From positions 524,162-588,161 of the forward strand of contig JAMOUJ010000005.1 in NCBI GenBank assembly GCA_027068075.1: a stretch of 64,000 nucleotides of DNA. Direction: 5' to 3'. The notes below the pieces were generated by a model, which saw nothing but the letters and a program-made list of their open reading frames with translations, made no database searches and was not told the DNA's origin. Source of the DNA: Candidatus Aminicenantes bacterium. Its GTDB lineage: Bacteria > Acidobacteriota > Aminicenantia > S016-38. The number at the start of each line of letters is the position of its first letter. Positions within the stretch are counted from its first letter, which is position 1. This document shows positions 38,557 to 47,473 of the stretch, in pieces. The position numbers and the translations under genes were made by a program.

Positions 38557-40035
38557 TCAAATTTCGGGTTTTTCGGAGGATGCCCTCACCGCCCTGTCGT
38601 GGGCCCAACTGCGGATTTTCTTTACCTGCTCCGCCATGGTGGTGGACAGGGGAACGGTATTGGTGAATATTTTGTAGAGGTCGTCCTCCTCCACGGGTCT
38701 CCCCTGGTTGAAGGCCTCGTACATGGCGGATATTATCGCCTGCTCTATTTCCGCCCCGGACCATCCCTTTGTAATCTGGGCCAGTTGAGGGATGTTGAAC
38801 TTGTCCGGGTCAATCCCCCTCTTTTTGAAGTGAACCCGAAAAATTTCCTCCCTTTCCTTTCGGGAGGGAAGGTCCACGAAGAAAATCTGGTCAAACCTCC
38901 CCCGGCGGAGGAGTTCCGCCGGTAGCATGTCAATCCTGTTGGCGGTAGCCCCCACGAACACCCCCTCTTTGTGCTCCTGCATCCAGGTCAGAAAATAGCC
39001 CAAAATCCGGGCGGTGGAATCGGCGGTGTATTTGTCCGTGATTCCGCTTTCAATCTCGTCCAGCCATAGAACCGCAGGGGATGCGGATTCCACCACCTTC
39101 AGGGCCCTGATAAAGGCCTCCTCAGGAAGGCCTGCGATCCCCGAGTAAACGAGGTTCATGTCCAGTCTGAAGAGGGGAAGTTCCCATAGGGTGGATACCG
39201 CCTTTATTATTATGCTCTTTCCGCACCCCGTTATCCCCATGACCAGAAGGCCCCGGGGCACATCCAGTCCGTATTTCCGGGCCTCGGGAGAAAAGGCCCG
39301 TTTCCTCTTTATCAACCATTGTTTAAGGTTATCCAGCCCTCCGATGTCCTCCAGTCGCAGTTTTTCCGTAATGTATTCCAGGACCCCCTCCTTCCTCATT
39401 ATCTGCCGTTTTTCCTCCTTTAGGGCCTCAATTATGCCCGCATCCAGACTTTTCCTCTGGTGGGTGACCCTCCTCAGGGCGAAGGTGGCTTCGTCCACGG
39501 TGAAGCCTTGCAGGGCCACGGCCATCTGGTTGACATCCTCCCGGCTGAGGTTTATTTTCGTTCCCTTTTCTCCCCTCTCCTTTAGAAAAGAGACCACCAG
39601 GGAAAGCATTTCCTGGAATTCAGGAAGGGGGTAATCCACCACCGCCACATGCCTCTTCAGTTCCTCCGGTAGTTTGAAAATAGGGGATAGGAGAAAAACC
39701 CTTTTGGGCTTTCCCCTGATGGAGAAATAGGTATCCCTGAACTTCCGTATGACCTCCGGATTCTGAAAAAGGTGGTGCACATCCTTGAGGATGAAGAACC
39801 CCTTTTCCTGCTGAACTATGAAGTCCAGGGCCTGGATGAGGGAGCGGGTTTCCTCCTCCGGGTTTCCATCCCTTTTAAAACCCCCGGTGTTGGTCCACAC
39901 GAAGGGGGAAGTCCCCAGGGCAGAGGAGGAAAACTCTTCCAGGACTTCCTCCACCCTGTTTTCCTCCCAGGAGACTATGTAAATAAAGGGATAGCCCGCT
40001 GAGATTAATTCCCTCAGTTCCTCCCTTACCTTCAT
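38557..40035 (-). CDS. Classical-clade AAA+ ATPase with an uncharacterised ~230-aa N-terminal domain
   Basis: Unusual Walker A LVMGITGCGKS, Walker B VLWLDEIES, and a second-region-of-homology/arginine finger GATANRIDMLPAELLRRGRFDQIFFVDLP that closely matches the FtsH/katanin clade. The N-terminal half has no P-loop. Confidence 0.75.
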   Translation of the reverse strand: MKVREELRELISAGYPFIYIVSWEENRVEEVLEEFSSSALGTSPFVWTNTGGFKRDGNPEEETRSLIQALDFIVQQEKGFFILKDVHHLFQNPEVIRKFRDTYFSIRGKPKRVFLLSPIFKLPEELKRHVAVVDYPLPEFQEMLSLVVSFLKERGEKGTKINLSREDVNQMAVALQGFTVDEATFALRRVTHQRKSLDAGIIEALKEEKRQIMRKEGVLEYITEKLRLEDIGGLDNLKQWLIKRKRAFSPEARKYGLDVPRGLLVMGITGCGKSIIIKAVSTLWELPLFRLDMNLVYSGIAGLPEEAFIRALKVVESASPAVLWLDEIESGITDKYTADSTARILGYFLTWMQEHKEGVFVGATANRIDMLPAELLRRGRFDQIFFVDLPSRKEREEIFRVHFKKRGIDPDKFNIPQLAQITKGWSGAEIEQAIISAMYEAFNQGRPVEEDDLYKIFTNTVPLSTTMAEQVKKIRSWAHDRAVRASSEKPEI

Positions 40036-40052
40036 GGGCTTATTTTAACATC

Positions 40053-40080
40053 TTGTTTTGGTTCTTTAAATTTATATAAT
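40053..40080 (+). promoter_or_regulatory. Sigma70-like promoter for the cNMP/FHA gene in an AT-rich divergent region shared with the AAA gene
   Basis: TTGTTT, 16 nt, TATAAT (40075-40080), then GGAGG and ATG 40113. The opposite strand has TTGAAG, 17 nt, TAAATT for the AAA gene. Confidence 0.45.
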
Positions 40081-40112
40081 AGATTTAAGGCCTTCAACGG
40101 AGGTAAAAACAT

Positions 40113-40847
40113 ATGAAAGGCTTGGAAAGCGAAGTTATAAAGGTCCCCAAGGGGGTGGTGATCTTCAGGGAAGGAGAGGACGGTAATTTCATGTACCTCA
40201 TTTTGAAGGGGAAGGTGAAGATCTTCAGGAGGGGGGAGGAGATAGCCACCCTGGGAAGGGGGGATTTCTTCGGAGACCTGGGTCTCCTCACCGGCTTGCC
40301 CCGGGTGGCGGATGCCATTTCGGAGGAGGATTGTGAACTGGTGCTCATAGACGAAAACAGTTTTGACAGAATAATAAAATCAGACCCCAACCTCAGCATC
40401 AGGATTTTGAGGAAACTGGCCCACCGGCTAAGGGATATGTACAAACTCATGGATAAAATGGAAAGGGAGGAGACGGCCATAGAGGTGGAAAACGAACCCC
40501 TTCCGCCCAACATAAAGGCCTGGTTTGAACTGGAAGAGGAAGGTGAGGTTTTTCCCCTGGAGCAGAGGATTACCTTTCTGGGGAGGAAAGACCTTTCCAG
40601 TTCCTTCGTTCCCCATGTGGACCTTTCTCCATACGATAGAAATAGGTACATTTCCAGGAGGCACGCCCGGGTGATATTCCGCAACGGAAAATTTTACATA
40701 AAGGAAGAGGTGGGGGTATTGAACGGTACTTTCCTGGACAACAGGAGAATTAAACCGGGCTTTCTCTACGACCTCAAAGACGGCACCCGGGTAACCCTGG
40801 GGAGGCTTACCCTGACCTTCCACACCAGGGTGAAGCAGGATCAATAA
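40113..40847 (+). CDS. Cyclic-nucleotide-binding (CAP-family) domain fused to a C-terminal FHA phosphothreonine-recognition domain
   Basis: N-terminal cNMP-binding beta-barrel (FGDLGLLTGLPRVADAIS with the Gly/Arg of the phosphate-binding cassette). C-terminal FHA motifs (GR..., SRRHARV, NGTFLDNRRI, DGTRVTLG). Confidence 0.8.
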   Translation: MKGLESEVIKVPKGVVIFREGEDGNFMYLILKGKVKIFRRGEEIATLGRGDFFGDLGLLTGLPRVADAISEEDCELVLIDENSFDRIIKSDPNLSIRILRKLAHRLRDMYKLMDKMEREETAIEVENEPLPPNIKAWFELEEEGEVFPLEQRITFLGRKDLSSSFVPHVDLSPYDRNRYISRRHARVIFRNGKFYIKEEVGVLNGTFLDNRRIKPGFLYDLKDGTRVTLGRLTLTFHTRVKQDQ

Positions 40848-41590
40848 CCTTCCAGAAGCCTTTCCCCCAGGACCTCCGGAAGTCCCTCCTTGACGATCCT
40901 CCTTTTAGCCTTTTCCGCCGGGTATGAGAAGCGGTAGAACTTCACCGCCTCCTCCTGATCGTCGTAGATAAGGAAGGTTCCCCGGGGGTTTCTGTCCCTG
41001 GGTTGACCTATGGAGCCCGGGTTTACGGCATAGAGAAAATCTTTTTTCAATTTTATGTGGGTTCTTCCTTCTTCCAGGGGATGGTAAATGGCCACAAAGT
41101 CCTTCTCCGGCGGAAATTCGTAGACCGCCGGTACATGGGTATGGCCGAAAAAGCATATCCTTTCCCCGGAAAACTCCACGGCCTCCAGGGCGTCGGCGGG
41201 GGTGAATATGTAATAGTCCTCGTCAAAGGGGGCTCCGTGGCAGATGCAAACGCCTTCCTTGAGCCTCAGGGGACCCCTCTTCATGCTCTTTAGAAAATTA
41301 AGGGAGAATTCGTTGAGTTTTTTCTTCGTCCAGTCCAGGGCCTCGGCGGCCACGGGATTGAAGAGCATGGAGGTTTCCAGCCCCAGGGCCACCTTGTCGT
41401 GGTTCCCCATCACGGCCACCAGGTTGGGCAGGGCAGCCAGGGCTTCCACCACTTCGTTGGGATTGGCCCCGTAGCCCACGGCATCACCCAGGAAGACATA
41501 GGTGTCGGGCTTAAGCCTCCGGGCCTTTTTGAGGAAACTCTGGAAGGCTTCCCAGTTAGAGTGAATGTCCGAGAAGATTAAGTGCTTCAC
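40841..41590 (-). CDS. Calcineurin-like metallophosphoesterase (PPP/ApaH-like signature set)
   Basis: Motifs FSDIHSN (D-x-H), FLGDAVGYG (GDxxDRG-like), GNHD and GHTH. The likely GTG start at 41590 overlaps the lipA 3' end by 35 nt. Confidence 0.75.
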   Translation of the reverse strand: MKHLIFSDIHSNWEAFQSFLKKARRLKPDTYVFLGDAVGYGANPNEVVEALAALPNLVAVMGNHDKVALGLETSMLFNPVAAEALDWTKKKLNEFSLNFLKSMKRGPLRLKEGVCICHGAPFDEDYYIFTPADALEAVEFSGERICFFGHTHVPAVYEFPPEKDFVAIYHPLEEGRTHIKLKKDFLYAVNPGSIGQPRDRNPRGTFLIYDDQEEAVKFYRFSYPAEKAKRRIVKEGLPEVLGERLLEGY

Positions 41591-42428
41591 TATACAGATC
41601 CTCTGCCTTGTAGGAACTCCTGACCAGGGGACCGGCCTCCACCGCCAGGAAACCCATCCGCCGGGCCAGGTCCTTGAGTTCCTGGAATTCCTGAGGATAA
41701 TAATATCGCTCCACCGGCAGGTTTTCAAATCCTGGCCTGAGGTATTGCCCCACGGTGAGAATTTTAACGCCGGCGTTGATTAGGTCCTTCAGGGTGGTTT
41801 CAATGTCTTCCTTTTCCTCTCCCAGTCCCACCATAAGCCCGGATTTGGTGAGCATCCCCTTCCCGGCGTAGAATTCCAGGACCCTCAGGCTCCTGCCGTA
41901 GAAGTTTTTGGGCCTACCTATTTTCGTGTAGAGTTTCCGGGGTACCTCTATGTTGTGATTGATGACGGAGGGGGGATTTTCCAGCAGAACCTTCAGGTTG
42001 TCTTCCCTGCCCTGGAAGTCCGGGATGAGGACCTCCACCCCTGCCCGGGGAAGGAGTTTCTTTATCTCCTCCACGGTCTTCAAAAAATGGTGGGCTCCTC
42101 CGTCGGGGAGGTCGTCCCTGGTGACGGAGGTTACAACCACATAGGAGAGACCCATTTCCCTGGCAGCCTCTGCCACCTTCCGGGGTTCCTCCGGGTCCAG
42201 GGGAGCCGGTTTCCCGTGGTTTACCGCACAGAACCCGCATCGGCGGGTACATATGTCTCCCATAATCATGAAGGTGGCGGTTCCCCCTCCCCAGCATGTG
42301 GAGATGTTGGGGCAGCGGGCCTCTTCACAGACGGTGTGGAGACCCCTTTTACGCAGGATTTTTCTTATGCGGAAGTAGGTTTCCCCACCCGGGAGTTTTC
42401 TTCTTACCCAGGGGGGAACCCGCTCCAA
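41556..42428 (-). CDS. lipA: Lipoyl synthase
   Basis: CEEARCPN auxiliary-cluster motif and CTRRCGFC radical-SAM CxxxCxxC. Confidence 0.95.
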   Translation of the reverse strand: MERVPPWVRRKLPGGETYFRIRKILRKRGLHTVCEEARCPNISTCWGGGTATFMIMGDICTRRCGFCAVNHGKPAPLDPEEPRKVAEAAREMGLSYVVVTSVTRDDLPDGGAHHFLKTVEEIKKLLPRAGVEVLIPDFQGREDNLKVLLENPPSVINHNIEVPRKLYTKIGRPKNFYGRSLRVLEFYAGKGMLTKSGLMVGLGEEKEDIETTLKDLINAGVKILTVGQYLRPGFENLPVERYYYPQEFQELKDLARRMGFLAVEAGPLVRSSYKAEDLYSEALNLLGHSL

Positions 42429-42429
42429 A

Positions 42430-42642
42430 TCAAACTCCTCCTCTTTCCCTTCTCTGCTTCTTCCTTATCCTTTTGAGGGCCTGAAGTTTTTTCAGCCTCC
42501 GCCTTACTCCGGGCTTGAGGTACACCGAGTGCTTCTTAATTTCGCTGATGATGGCTTCTTGCTGGACCTTTCTCTTGAATCTCTTAAGAGCGGACTCAAA
42601 GGACTCGCCTTCTTGAACCACTACATAGGCCAAAGTAATCAC
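42430..42642 (-). CDS. rpsU: 30S ribosomal protein S21
   Basis: VVVQEGESFESALKRFKRKVQ...KPGVRRRLKK is the S21 signature. Confidence 0.9.
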   Translation of the reverse strand: MITLAYVVVQEGESFESALKRFKRKVQQEAIISEIKKHSVYLKPGVRRRLKKLQALKRIRKKQRRERGGV

Positions 42643-42681
42643 CTCCCTGTGGTTTTTTCAGATAGTATTTTAACATCCCCC

Positions 42682-43755
42682 TCAAGCCCCCGGCGAAAAT
42701 TCCCGGGAAAGCCTCCTGAGGGCTTTCAATTTGTCCCGGTCCCCGAGTTTTGAACTCTTTATGGCCCTTTCAAGCACCTCTATGGTTTTTTCGTAAACCT
42801 CAAAGTCCACCGGGTAAGGGATTCTGTCCTTTCCACCGTGGGCGAAGGAATACAGGGCCGGGTCCTCGTAACTGGGGGGTGCCCCGTAAACTATGTCGGC
42901 CACCAGGGACAGGGCCCTTACGAACTTGGCTCCTATTCCCTTTATCGTGAGCAATTGAAGAAGGTCTTCCGGGGCCCTTTCGTAGGTTTTGGCCATGGCC
43001 CTGAGGAGGTTTTTGGGCTTCATGTCCGAGGAGACCAGGGCATGTCTTCGGGGCATGTTCAAAATCCGGGTGAATTCCCGGGTTATTTTACCGGGGTTTT
43101 CCCTGGAGAGTTGAACCACGAGTTCCGTGTTTTCAGCGGATTTTCGGGAAGTAAGGTCCAGGACCAAATTTTCCCTCCTCATGGAGGAGATGCCGGTGTG
43201 GGGTTCCCGGGTAAGGTCCTCGGCTTCCCAGGAGAGGTAGTGATACCTCCTTGCCAGCCTCAATTCTTCCTTCATCCCCTGCTGAATTACGGCCCACTTC
43301 TTATCCGGGGTGAAGAAAATGGTGTGGTGGTAGATGGAGTAGCCGTCCTGGAGGAGGACGGAATCCACCTTGGCAGTGATGCGGCTGGCCCTTATTATGG
43401 GCTGTGGATCAAAGGCGAACCTTTCGGCCAGGGATTCCACCTCCTCCGGGGTCCTCCTGGCAGTCGCTCCCTTTCCCCCCGCCGCCATTATCAAGGGGGT
43501 GGAGATCTCGGCCAGGGCTTCCTTCAGGGCGGCGGTGGTGGTGGTAGTAAGCCCCGAGGAATGCCAGTCAAAACCCAGAACACAGCCCAGGGCCTGAAAC
43601 CATCCGGGATGGGAAAGCCTCCTCAAAAACTCCTCCGGAGGAAATTCCTCCAACATGGCTTCGGCCATGGCCCGGGCCAGTTTTACCATCCTGGAAAAGA
43701 GCCAGCGGGGTGCCCTTCCCCTGTGAAGGGGCAGATTGGCGATTCCTTTCCTCAC
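42682..43755 (-). CDS. DUF763-family protein (function unknown; family mostly archaeal)
   Basis: The N-terminus (IANLPLHRGRAPRWLF) is, as far as I recall, characteristic of DUF763. 357 aa. Confidence 0.5.
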   Translation of the reverse strand: MRKGIANLPLHRGRAPRWLFSRMVKLARAMAEAMLEEFPPEEFLRRLSHPGWFQALGCVLGFDWHSSGLTTTTTAALKEALAEISTPLIMAAGGKGATARRTPEEVESLAERFAFDPQPIIRASRITAKVDSVLLQDGYSIYHHTIFFTPDKKWAVIQQGMKEELRLARRYHYLSWEAEDLTREPHTGISSMRRENLVLDLTSRKSAENTELVVQLSRENPGKITREFTRILNMPRRHALVSSDMKPKNLLRAMAKTYERAPEDLLQLLTIKGIGAKFVRALSLVADIVYGAPPSYEDPALYSFAHGGKDRIPYPVDFEVYEKTIEVLERAIKSSKLGDRDKLKALRRLSREFSPGA

Positions 43756-43866
43756 AGCCTACATTATAAGGCAAATTCACGGTTTTTCCCAGGAGGAGCC
43801 AGGTTTTTTCCTTGCCCATTTTCGCTAATTGAGATACAATTGGCGGGCCTTTAGTTTGCTCTGAGG

Positions 43867-43895
43867 TTGACAAAAACGGCTTTTTGCTGTAAATT
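43867..43895 (+). promoter_or_regulatory. Canonical sigma70 promoter of the rplM-rpsI operon
   Basis: TTGACA (43867-43872), a 17-nt spacer, TAAATT (43890-43895), then AAGGAG and ATG 43926. Confidence 0.75.
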
Positions 43896-43925
43896 ATTAT
43901 GCCGACCAAAGCGAAGGAGTGTGAA

Positions 43926-44360
43926 ATGAAGACTTATCTCCCAAAGGAAAAGGAGATCACCAGGAAGTGGTGGCTGGTGGATGCCCAGGGAGTAACCCTG
44001 GGAAAACTGGCGACGGAGGTGGCCAGATTGCTCAGGGGAAAACACAAACCCATGTTCACCCCACATCTGGATACCGGGGACTTCGTGGTAGTAATAAACG
44101 CAGAGAAAGTAAGGGTCACCGGAAGGAAGATGGACCAGAAACTTTACAGGTCCCATTCCGGTTACCTCGGAAACCTCAGGGAATTTACCCTGAGGGAGAT
44201 GCTCAAGCGTCATCCCGAAAAGGTTATAGAGGATGCGGTCTGGGGAATGCTTCCCAAAAACCGCCTGGGAAGAAGGCTTTACAAAAAACTTAAAGTCTAC
44301 CGGGGGGGCGACCATCCCCACCAGGCGCAGAAACCTGAAAAATACGAAATTAAGGAGTGA
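43926..44360 (+). CDS. rplM: 50S ribosomal protein L13
   Basis: [52 protein letters not shown] matches L13. Confidence 0.95.
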   Translation: MKTYLPKEKEITRKWWLVDAQGVTLGKLATEVARLLRGKHKPMFTPHLDTGDFVVVINAEKVRVTGRKMDQKLYRSHSGYLGNLREFTLREMLKRHPEKVIEDAVWGMLPKNRLGRRLYKKLKVYRGGDHPHQAQKPEKYEIKE

Positions 44361-44364
44361 GTAA

Positions 44365-44793
44365 ATGGAAGACAAGGAAAAGAGAAGCGCCAAAATCCCC
44401 TATCCGTGGGGAACCGGCAGAAGGAAAACCGCCGTTGCCCGGGTGTTTCTTCTGGAGGGCACCGATAAAATCAAACTTTTCGTAAACAACACCACCAGGG
44501 ATTTCAACACCTATTTTCCCTCCGAAAGGATGAGGGCCAGGATAAAGGCCCCCCTTTATCTTACCGGAACCCTGGAAAAATTTGGGCTCTACATAACCGT
44601 TAAGGGCTCCGGAGTCTCCGCCCAGGCCGACGCCATAAGGCTGGGCATAGCCAGAGCCCTGGTGGCCTACAACTCGGAGTTTCACCGGGTGCTTAAGGAA
44701 AAGGGAATGCTAACCAGGGATCCCAGGGAAAAGGAAAGAAGGAAATACGGTCTCCACAAGGCCCGCAAGGCCCATCAGTACCACAAGAGGTGA
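44365..44793 (+). CDS. rpsI: 30S ribosomal protein S9
   Basis: C-terminal ...KARKAHQYHKR, conserved core, and the position after rplM. Confidence 0.95.
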   Translation: MEDKEKRSAKIPYPWGTGRRKTAVARVFLLEGTDKIKLFVNNTTRDFNTYFPSERMRARIKAPLYLTGTLEKFGLYITVKGSGVSAQADAIRLGIARALVAYNSEFHRVLKEKGMLTRDPREKERRKYGLHKARKAHQYHKR

Positions 44794-44796
44794 GTT

Positions 44797-45591
44797 ATGG
44801 TGGATGTAACCATGAAGGAACTCCTGGAGGCCGGGGTCCATTTCGGTCATCAGACCAGAAAGTGGAATCCAAAAATGGCCCCTTATATTTACGGGAAGAG
44901 GAACGGGATCCACATCATAGACCTTCAGAGGACCGTGGAGGACTTCAAGACCGCCCTGGCCTTCCTGAAGGAAGTGGCGGCCTCCGGCGGTGACATCCTC
45001 TTCGTGGGAACGAAAAAACAGGCCACGGAGATAGTCAAGGAGGAGGCCACCCGCTGCGGCATGCCCTATGTGAACCATCGCTGGCTCGGCGGGACCCTCA
45101 CCAATTTCAAAATGATAAGGAAAAGCGTGGAGAAGTACATAGAACTGGAAGAACTCAGAAATTCCGGCGAATGGGAGTTGCTCTCCAAAAAGGAGCAGAG
45201 CCGACTGGAGAAGAGGCTGAAGAAGATGCAGAAGAACCTGGAGGGGATCAAGGAGATGGTGGAACTTCCCAAGGCCCTTTTCGTCATAGATTCCGTCCAC
45301 GAGGACATAGCCATAAAGGAAGCCCGCAAACTCGGGATACCCATCGTGGCGGTGGTGGATACCAACGGTGATCCCGATCTGGTGGATTACCCCATCGCCG
45401 GGAACGACGATGCCATAAGGGCCATAAAACTCTTCTGTTCCAAGGTGGCCGATGCCATCCTTGAGGGCAAGGAAGAGGCCGAGAGGAGGGAACTGGAGAG
45501 GATGAAGGTGGAAAGCCAGGAAGAAGAGGGTGAAGAAGAAGTGCCCCAGGAAGAGGAGAAAAGCGAATCCGAAGGAGGAGAAAATGAGTGA
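44797..45591 (+). CDS. rpsB: 30S ribosomal protein S2
   Basis: [31 protein letters not shown], with an acidic C-terminal tail. Confidence 0.95.
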   Translation: MVDVTMKELLEAGVHFGHQTRKWNPKMAPYIYGKRNGIHIIDLQRTVEDFKTALAFLKEVAASGGDILFVGTKKQATEIVKEEATRCGMPYVNHRWLGGTLTNFKMIRKSVEKYIELEELRNSGEWELLSKKEQSRLEKRLKKMQKNLEGIKEMVELPKALFVIDSVHEDIAIKEARKLGIPIVAVVDTNGDPDLVDYPIAGNDDAIRAIKLFCSKVADAILEGKEEAERRELERMKVESQEEEGEEEVPQEEEKSESEGGENE

Positions 45592-46183
45592 AGTAACCAT
45601 GGAAAAAATAAAGAGGCTCAGGGAAAGAACAGGCCTGGGCGTAATGGACATCAAGAAGGCCCTTCAGGAGGCCGGTGGCGACGAGGAGAAGGCCATAGAG
45701 ATCTTGAGGAAAAAAGGACTTGCCACCGCCGCCAAAAAGGCCACCCGGACGGTGAAGGACGGGTTTATAGGCTCCTACATTCACTTCAACGGGAAGATAG
45801 GGGTTCTGGTGGAAATAAACACGGAGACGGACTTCGTGGCGAGAAATCAGGAGTTCAGGGAATTCGCTAAAAACATAGCCATGCACATAGCCACTACGGC
45901 TCCCCAGTATGTGTCACCGGAGGACATTCCCCAGGAGGTCATAGAGAAGGAAAAGGAAATATACAGGGAGCAGTTGAAGGCCCAGGGGAAGCCCGAGCAG
46001 GTTATTGAGAGGATCCTGGAGGGTAAACTCAAGAAGTTCTACGAGGATGTTTGTCTTCTGGAACAGGCCTACATAAAGAACCCTGAGATTAAGGTCAGGG
46101 AATACCTCACCGAGCAGATAGCCAAGTTCGGTGAGAACATAGTTATAAGGAGATTTGCCCGGCTGGCGGTGGGGGAAGATTAA
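45584..46183 (+). CDS. tsf: Elongation factor Ts
   Basis: [22 protein letters not shown]-like N-terminus. Two in-frame ATGs (45584, 45599), the first overlapping the rpsB stop. Confidence 0.9.
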   Translation: MSEVTMEKIKRLRERTGLGVMDIKKALQEAGGDEEKAIEILRKKGLATAAKKATRTVKDGFIGSYIHFNGKIGVLVEINTETDFVARNQEFREFAKNIAMHIATTAPQYVSPEDIPQEVIEKEKEIYREQLKAQGKPEQVIERILEGKLKKFYEDVCLLEQAYIKNPEIKVREYLTEQIAKFGENIVIRRFARLAVGED

Positions 46184-46197
46184 CATTAACCCAGAAA

Positions 46198-46917
46198 ATG
46201 GGATTAAAATATAAAAGGGTTCTCCTGAAAATCAGCGGGGAGGCCCTTCTCGGTGATAAACCATCGGGGATTGACCCCGCCGTTCTTTCCTTTATAGCGG
46301 AGGAAGTTAAGGAGGCCAGGGACCTGGGGGCGGAGATAGCCCTGGTGGTGGGAGGAGGAAATTTTTTCCGGGGTATCAATTCCTCGGAACTGGGGATAGA
46401 GAGGATCTGGGGAGATTACATGGGAATGCTGGCCACCCTCCTCAACGGCATAGCCCTTCAAAATTTCTTGGAGAGAAGCGGAGTTTCCACCCGTCTGGTT
46501 TCGGCCCTGGAGATAAGGGCCATTGCGGAGCCCTTTATTCCCAAAAGGGCTTTGAGGCATCTTGAAAAGGGGAGGGTGGTAATTTTCGCCTCCGGAACAG
46601 GAAATCCATTTTTCTCCACCGATACTGCGGCGGCCCTCCGGGCGGTGGAAATGAGGGCAGAGGTGTTGCTCAAGGCCACCAAGGTGGACGGTGTGTTTTC
46701 CGCCGATCCGGCCAAGGATCAGGGGGCGAAGATTTTTCAGGAGATATCCTATTTTCAGGTTCTGGAGAAGAACCTGAGGGTTATGGACCCCACGGCCATA
46801 ACCCTTTGCATGGAGAACGAATTGCCCATAATAGTCTTCAACATAAGGGGAAAAGGGAACCTCAGAAAAATAATCCTTGGGGAGAGGGTGGGGACCATAG
46901 TAAAAAAGGAGGTGTGA
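46198..46917 (+). CDS. pyrH: UMP kinase
   Basis: KRVLLKISGEAL... and GGGNFFRG motifs. Confidence 0.95.
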   Translation: MGLKYKRVLLKISGEALLGDKPSGIDPAVLSFIAEEVKEARDLGAEIALVVGGGNFFRGINSSELGIERIWGDYMGMLATLLNGIALQNFLERSGVSTRLVSALEIRAIAEPFIPKRALRHLEKGRVVIFASGTGNPFFSTDTAAALRAVEMRAEVLLKATKVDGVFSADPAKDQGAKIFQEISYFQVLEKNLRVMDPTAITLCMENELPIIVFNIRGKGNLRKIILGERVGTIVKKEV

Positions 46918-46918
46918 G

Positions 46919-47473
46919 ATGGAAAGGGTCTTTAAGGAAACCAGGAAAAAAATGGAGGCTTCGGTGGAGCACTTCAAGAGGGAAATAGCCAAAATAAGAA
47001 CGGGCAGGGCTTCTGCATCCCTCTTTGAGGAGATAAAGGTGGATTACTACGGAACCCTTACCCCCATTACCCAGTTGGCCACCGTGAGCGTAGTCAACCC
47101 TGAACTGGTGGTGATCCAGCCCTGGGACAAAAATATCCTCGCGGAAATTGAGAAGGCCATCGTGAGAAGCAACCTGGGATTCAACCCCGTCAACGACGGC
47201 ACCAACATAAAGGTTCCCATTCCACCCCTGGACGAAGAGAGGAGGAAGGAACTGGTTAAACTCCTCCACAGAATACTGGAAGAGACCAAGGCGGCCATCC
47301 GCAACATCCGGAGGGAGGCCAGGGAGGAGATCAAGGAACTGGAGGAAGCCAAGGAAATTTCCGAGGACGATAAATACAGGGCCTTTGACGAGATTCAGAA
47401 GATCCACGACGAATACATAAAAAAGGCGGAGGAGACCGCCAAAAAGAAGGAGAAGGAGATCCTGGAAATTTAG
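46919..47473 (+). CDS. frr: Ribosome recycling factor
   Basis: 184 aa with a conserved RRF pattern (IRTGRASASLFEEIKVDYYG). Confidence 0.95.
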   Translation: MERVFKETRKKMEASVEHFKREIAKIRTGRASASLFEEIKVDYYGTLTPITQLATVSVVNPELVVIQPWDKNILAEIEKAIVRSNLGFNPVNDGTNIKVPIPPLDEERRKELVKLLHRILEETKAAIRNIRREAREEIKELEEAKEISEDDKYRAFDEIQKIHDEYIKKAEETAKKKEKEILEI

